From contig JAGHAI010000120.1 of the NCBI GenBank assembly GCA_021161555.1, forward strand, positions 1-42,500: a stretch of 42,500 bases of DNA, written 5' to 3'. The notes below the pieces were generated by a model. That model was not told the DNA's origin. It ran no database searches and saw only the letters and a list, made by a program, of their open reading frames with translations. The position numbers and the translations under genes are program-made. This document shows positions 38,960 to 42,500 of the stretch, piece by piece. Position 1 is the first letter of the stretch; each line of letters starts with the position of its first letter. This DNA comes from a bacterium (lineage in GTDB: Bacteria; UBP14; UBA6098; B30-G16).

Positions 38960-40300
38960 ATGACGCTGAAATTATCGATATCTGGCGCGAGAGGCATTGT
39001 CGGCGAGAGTTTGACGCCTGAAATTATTATGAAAATTGCAACTGCGTTTTCCGATTATCTTGATGATGGTTCAATTCTAATTGGTCGTGATAGTCGTCCT
39101 TCGGGCAAAAACATCGAGCATTTCGTCGGCGGAATTCTTTCGATGGTTGGACGAGATGTATATCTTGCTGGCATTTTGCCCACGCCGACCGTCGCAGTTT
39201 GCACCAAACATACAGATGCTGTAGGTGGAATTGCAATCACTGCGTCGCATAATTCCGAGCAGTGGAACGCACTGAAACTGCTCAATAAAGATGGTCTTTT
39301 CCTGCCTGCTTCATTCTGGAGTGGGATAAACTTAAATGACAATTTTGAAAGGCAGTGGGCAAAATATGACGAAATTGGCGACATCGAAGAATATGGCGGC
39401 TGTGTTTTCACGCATATAGAAAGTGTTTTGAAACTTTCCTGCATCGATATTAGTGCCATCAGGAAATCTAAATTTGTCGTGGCGTATGATGGCGTTGGCG
39501 GAGCAGGACCTGCGGTGATGATTCCTCTCCTGCGAGAACTTGGGGCGGAGATAATTCCTATCGGAAATAGAATGGACGGCAATTTCATTCATCCTCCTGA
39601 ACCTGTTCCGCAAAATCTGTCGATGCTTTCGGAACTTGTGAAAGAATATAATGCCGATGTCGGCTTTGCCACAGACCCCGATGCCGACAGGCTTGCTGTG
39701 GTCGATGAAAATGGCGTTCCCATCGGTGAGGAAATGACCCTTGCTCTTGCAGCCGAAAAAGTTCTCTCCAGTGAACCGAGCGATGTGGTTGTAAATCTTT
39801 CCACAAGCACGGTTATTGAATATATTGCGGAAAAATATGGTGTCGAAGTCCACAGAACACCTGTGGGCGAATATTTCGTATCGGAGAAGATGCTCGAAAT
39901 CGGTGCGAAAGTGGGCGGGGAAGGAAATGGCGGTGTCATCGTTCCCGATATGCATCCCGTTCGAGATGCGGCAACGGCGGCGGCGCTGATTCTTGGTCTT
40001 ATGGCTGAAAAGAATGAAAAATTATCCCAAATTGTCGATGAATTCCCCAAAAAGGCGATGATTAAGACAAAGTTCCCATTCAATAAGGATTTTGGGCTTT
40101 TGCAGGATAAAATTTTTAAAAAATTTTCTCCCGCAGAAACAAACGACATCGATGGTATATGGTTTAAAATTGGCGGTGGATTTGTCCACATCAGAATGTC
40201 GAATACCGAACCTGTCGTGAGGCTAATTGTGGAAAGTGATGATATGAAGAAGACCGAAGTTGTCATCAAAGAGGTAGAAGATGTAGTTTCATCTATCTGA
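38960..40300 (+). CDS. glmM: Phosphoglucosamine mutase (FCB-type GlmM; alpha-D-phosphohexomutase family)
   Basis: MTLKLSISGARGIVG, the active-site loop ITASHNSEQWNALKLL, the metal loop FATDPDADR, and GGEGNGG. Confidence 0.88.
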   Translation: MTLKLSISGARGIVGESLTPEIIMKIATAFSDYLDDGSILIGRDSRPSGKNIEHFVGGILSMVGRDVYLAGILPTPTVAVCTKHTDAVGGIAITASHNSEQWNALKLLNKDGLFLPASFWSGINLNDNFERQWAKYDEIGDIEEYGGCVFTHIESVLKLSCIDISAIRKSKFVVAYDGVGGAGPAVMIPLLRELGAEIIPIGNRMDGNFIHPPEPVPQNLSMLSELVKEYNADVGFATDPDADRLAVVDENGVPIGEEMTLALAAEKVLSSEPSDVVVNLSTSTVIEYIAEKYGVEVHRTPVGEYFVSEKMLEIGAKVGGEGNGGVIVPDMHPVRDAATAAALILGLMAEKNEKLSQIVDEFPKKAMIKTKFPFNKDFGLLQDKIFKKFSPAETNDIDGIWFKIGGGFVHIRMSNTEPVVRLIVESDDMKKTEVVIKEVEDVVSSI

Positions 40301-40375
40301 TTGTCCTTTCGTAGAAAATTCTTGACTTTTGCATTGAATATGACGAAATTTTTTAAAAAACGGAGGAGGTAAAAG

Positions 40376-41233
40376 ATGAGTTATGTAGCGATTGTTATAA
40401 TTTTCTTTTCGTTTCTGTTCGCGAACGACATTGACACATCGAAGGTGATTATAGATAAGTCGGGCTGTTTCTTCCGCGATAAATCCACTGGCGGCAAGAT
40501 AGCGAAGTGGGGAACTTATGATTGGGTCAACAAGTTGCAGTTCGACGGAGAAAAGTGGGTTTTCCCGGCGATGAAGGGGACAAAATATTTCTGGGTAAAT
40601 ACAGAGGACGGAAAACCCATCTGGGGCGAATATGACGACATCGAAAATCTCGAATTTGCGGGAAAGACTTATGTCTTCAAGGCGTTGTATAACGGCAAAT
40701 ACGCGTGGATAAGTTGTCAGAATGGTATGCCGATAGGAAGTTTTTACGATGATGTGTGCTGCATCCAGAAGACGAACAACCAGTGGCTGTTTCAGGCAAG
40801 AGAGGGTAAAAAGTGGCACTGGGTTTTAATTCCTTCGGGAAAGAAGATATGGGGCGATTTCGATGCGCTCGGGGATTTAATTCCCATCAAGAACTTCTGG
40901 GTATATTGGGCGCAAAAGGACGGCAAGGAATACTGGATAAATACCACAACAGGCAAACCGATTAGTAAAGGCTACGAACAGGTTTGCTGTATCGATGAGA
41001 TGGCTGGCAGGTGGGTTTTCTGGGCAAAGGAAAACAATAAATCCTTCTGGGTGGATGTCCTGACGGGCAAGCCGGTGGAAGAATGGGGCAGGTGGGATGA
41101 CCTCTGCTGCATCCACAGATTGAAGGACGGCAGATGGGTTTTCTGGGTAAAATCTGCGGATGACGAATTCTGGTTCAATGTGTCCGATAACAAGCATTAT
41201 AAGGACAGAGATTGCACCGAAGAATACAAATAG
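40376..41233 (+). CDS. Secreted WG-like beta-repeat protein (six to seven ~38-aa repeats) with vicinal Cys-Cys pairs
   Basis: Signal peptide MSYVAIVIIFFSFLFA. The repeat pattern is (F/Y)W(V/I)n..tGKPI..g(Y/W)DD....i....g.WVF.a. CC occurs at the same register in three repeats (VCCIQK, VCCIDE, LCCIHR). Strong GGAGGAGG SD. Confidence 0.6.
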   Translation: MSYVAIVIIFFSFLFANDIDTSKVIIDKSGCFFRDKSTGGKIAKWGTYDWVNKLQFDGEKWVFPAMKGTKYFWVNTEDGKPIWGEYDDIENLEFAGKTYVFKALYNGKYAWISCQNGMPIGSFYDDVCCIQKTNNQWLFQAREGKKWHWVLIPSGKKIWGDFDALGDLIPIKNFWVYWAQKDGKEYWINTTTGKPISKGYEQVCCIDEMAGRWVFWAKENNKSFWVDVLTGKPVEEWGRWDDLCCIHRLKDGRWVFWVKSADDEFWFNVSDNKHYKDRDCTEEYK

Positions 41234-41237
41234 ATAG

Positions 41238-42389
41238 ATGGTCAAAATAAAAAAATATTCGGCAAAATTTTTTTTCGTTCTGGTATTCTCGCTGTCGTTT
41301 CTAATCGCAGATGCTTCCATTCTGGATAAGTTGAAAAATGCCGTCGTCATCACCGCAGAGCGGATTCGCGGGTGGAATCTTTCGCTTCACGAAGCGATGT
41401 GGTATAAGAAACTTGCCGATGGTTCTGTGCAGTGCGAACTCTGTCCATTCAACTGCGTGCTTTCGGAAGGTGAGCGAGGTATATGCGGTGTCAGGGCGAA
41501 TGTCGGCGGTAAACTTCGAGCGCTGACCTATGGAAAACCTGTGTCCGCGCACATCGACCCCATCGAAAAGAAACCGCTCTTTCACTTTCTGCCAGGAACA
41601 AAGGCTCTCTCCATCGCAACCGTGGGATGTAATCTGTCCTGCAATTTCTGCCAGAACTGGACGATTTCGCAGACCGCACCAGAAGACGCACAGACCATCG
41701 ACCTTCTTCCCGCCGATGTAGTCAACAATGCGGTGCGGTCGGGGTGCAGTTCCATTGCTTATACATATTCCGAGCCAACCGTTTTCTACGAATATATGTA
41801 TGACACCGGCAAAATTGCTCATCAAATGGGCTTGAAAAATCTATGGATAACCTGCGGCTACATCAACGAAAAGCCTCTGCGGAAGTTGTGCGAGGTGCTG
41901 GATGCGGCAAATGTCGATTTGAAGGGGAACGAAGAATTTTATCTGAAGTACACAAAATCTTCCCGCGCACCTGTTCTGCGCACATTGAAAATTTTGAGGG
42001 AAGAAGGCGTGTGGGTCGAAATTACCAACCTGATTATTCCCGGCGCAAATGATGATATGGACAGCATCCGCGCTATGTGCAGATGGATTGTCGATTCGCT
42101 CGGTCCTGATGTCCCGCTGCATTTTTCAAGATTCCACCCGAATTATAAACTGACCGATAAACCGCCCACTCCTGTCGAGACATTGCGAAAGGCAAGGGAG
42201 ATAGCGCTGGAAGAAGGAATTTTGTTCGTTTACATCGGCAATGTGCCAGGAGACGAGGGCGAGGATACATTCTGTCCGCAGACTGGCGAAAAGGTCATCG
42301 ATAGGATGGGCTTCTGGATTTTGAGCAACAAAGTTGGCAGTGATGGTATGTGTGGGAACGGATACAAATTGCCGGGCGTGTGGAAGTAA
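41238..42389 (+). CDS. amrS: AmmeMemoRadiSam-system-type radical SAM enzyme (AmrS-like) with ~53-aa hydrophobic N-terminal extension
   Basis: CNLSCNFCQNW (CX3CX2C, 41628-41651) and the N-terminal Cys motif CELCPFNCVLSEGERGICGVR typical of AmrS/PflA-like enzymes. It starts 4 nt after the upstream stop. The family core begins near M54 (41397). Confidence 0.85.
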   Translation: MVKIKKYSAKFFFVLVFSLSFLIADASILDKLKNAVVITAERIRGWNLSLHEAMWYKKLADGSVQCELCPFNCVLSEGERGICGVRANVGGKLRALTYGKPVSAHIDPIEKKPLFHFLPGTKALSIATVGCNLSCNFCQNWTISQTAPEDAQTIDLLPADVVNNAVRSGCSSIAYTYSEPTVFYEYMYDTGKIAHQMGLKNLWITCGYINEKPLRKLCEVLDAANVDLKGNEEFYLKYTKSSRAPVLRTLKILREEGVWVEITNLIIPGANDDMDSIRAMCRWIVDSLGPDVPLHFSRFHPNYKLTDKPPTPVETLRKAREIALEEGILFVYIGNVPGDEGEDTFCPQTGEKVIDRMGFWILSNKVGSDGMCGNGYKLPGVWK

Positions 42390-42500
42390 TTTTCATCCTT
42401 CGCAATTTTCCGCAATGTTTCTAATAAATTCTTCAAGATAATAATTTTTGATGGATTATAATCGCGCTTCGATTGTCTGTTGATTGTTATGCGGAAAAAC

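Noticed and set aside
42230-42436. A 68-aa minus-strand ORF at the 3' end of the window. A possible gene end at about 42456-42500 on the minus strand was also considered.
   Set aside because: The ORF is mostly antisense to the AmrS C-terminus, with a TTG start and no motifs. The remaining 15 codons at the window edge are too short to support any call.
1-42500. A search for CRISPR repeats, tRNA/rRNA genes, transposase or integrase genes, reverse transcriptases and known defence-system ATPases or nucleases.
   Set aside because: No regularly spaced direct repeats, no tRNA-like T-arm consensus outside coding sequence, and no such protein motifs appear in any long ORF. The non-coding stretches are short, and the longest is 314 nt.

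Overview
The window is densely coding on both strands. I found no rRNA, tRNA, CRISPR array, transposase or integrase. It looks like a chromosomal segment from an uncultivated bacterium of the FCB (Fibrobacteres-Chlorobi-Bacteroidetes) type. Three things point that way: a Bacteroidetes-style GlmM (MTLKLSISGARG..., TASHNSEQWNALKLL), a T9SS/FlgD-Ig-like C-terminal sorting domain on a giant protease, and many TPR and lipobox proteins. Unlike Bacteroidetes proper, most genes carry strong GGAGG Shine-Dalgarno sites.

Recognisable housekeeping genes, in order: pnp (5' partial), rplU, coaX, gcvH, gcvPA, an S41 C-terminal processing protease, acpS, glgA, surE, an RmlD-like reductase, a DUF1972-type glycosyltransferase, plsC, folB, folK, a deoxynucleoside kinase, yebC, a YihY/BrkB membrane protein, rlmD and glmM.

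Regions worth a second look:
1. A secreted WG-like repeat protein with register-conserved Cys-Cys pairs lies 4 nt upstream of an orphan, N-terminally extended AmmeMemoRadiSam-type radical SAM enzyme (40376-42389).
2. Tandem DUF3857/transglutaminase-like paralogs, one with an intact Cys-His-Asp triad and one with Cys->Ser and His->Arg, are followed by the S41 protease (12986-18724).
3. A ~1450-aa thermolysin/fungalysin-like metalloprotease has its stop codon overlapping (ATGA) the start of a GT-C-like membrane glycosyltransferase with a TPR tail (32442-38851).
4. A 314-nt divergent intergenic region carries mutually exclusive hairpins that could hide the SD of a 21-codon sORF (21607-21920).
5. 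A DUF4160/DUF2442 mini-cassette is wedged tail-to-tail against the kinase gene (28658-29141).
6. A 1797-aa TPR lipoprotein appears co-transcribed with yjbQ (5103-10924).

All family assignments come from reading motifs by eye, not from database searches.
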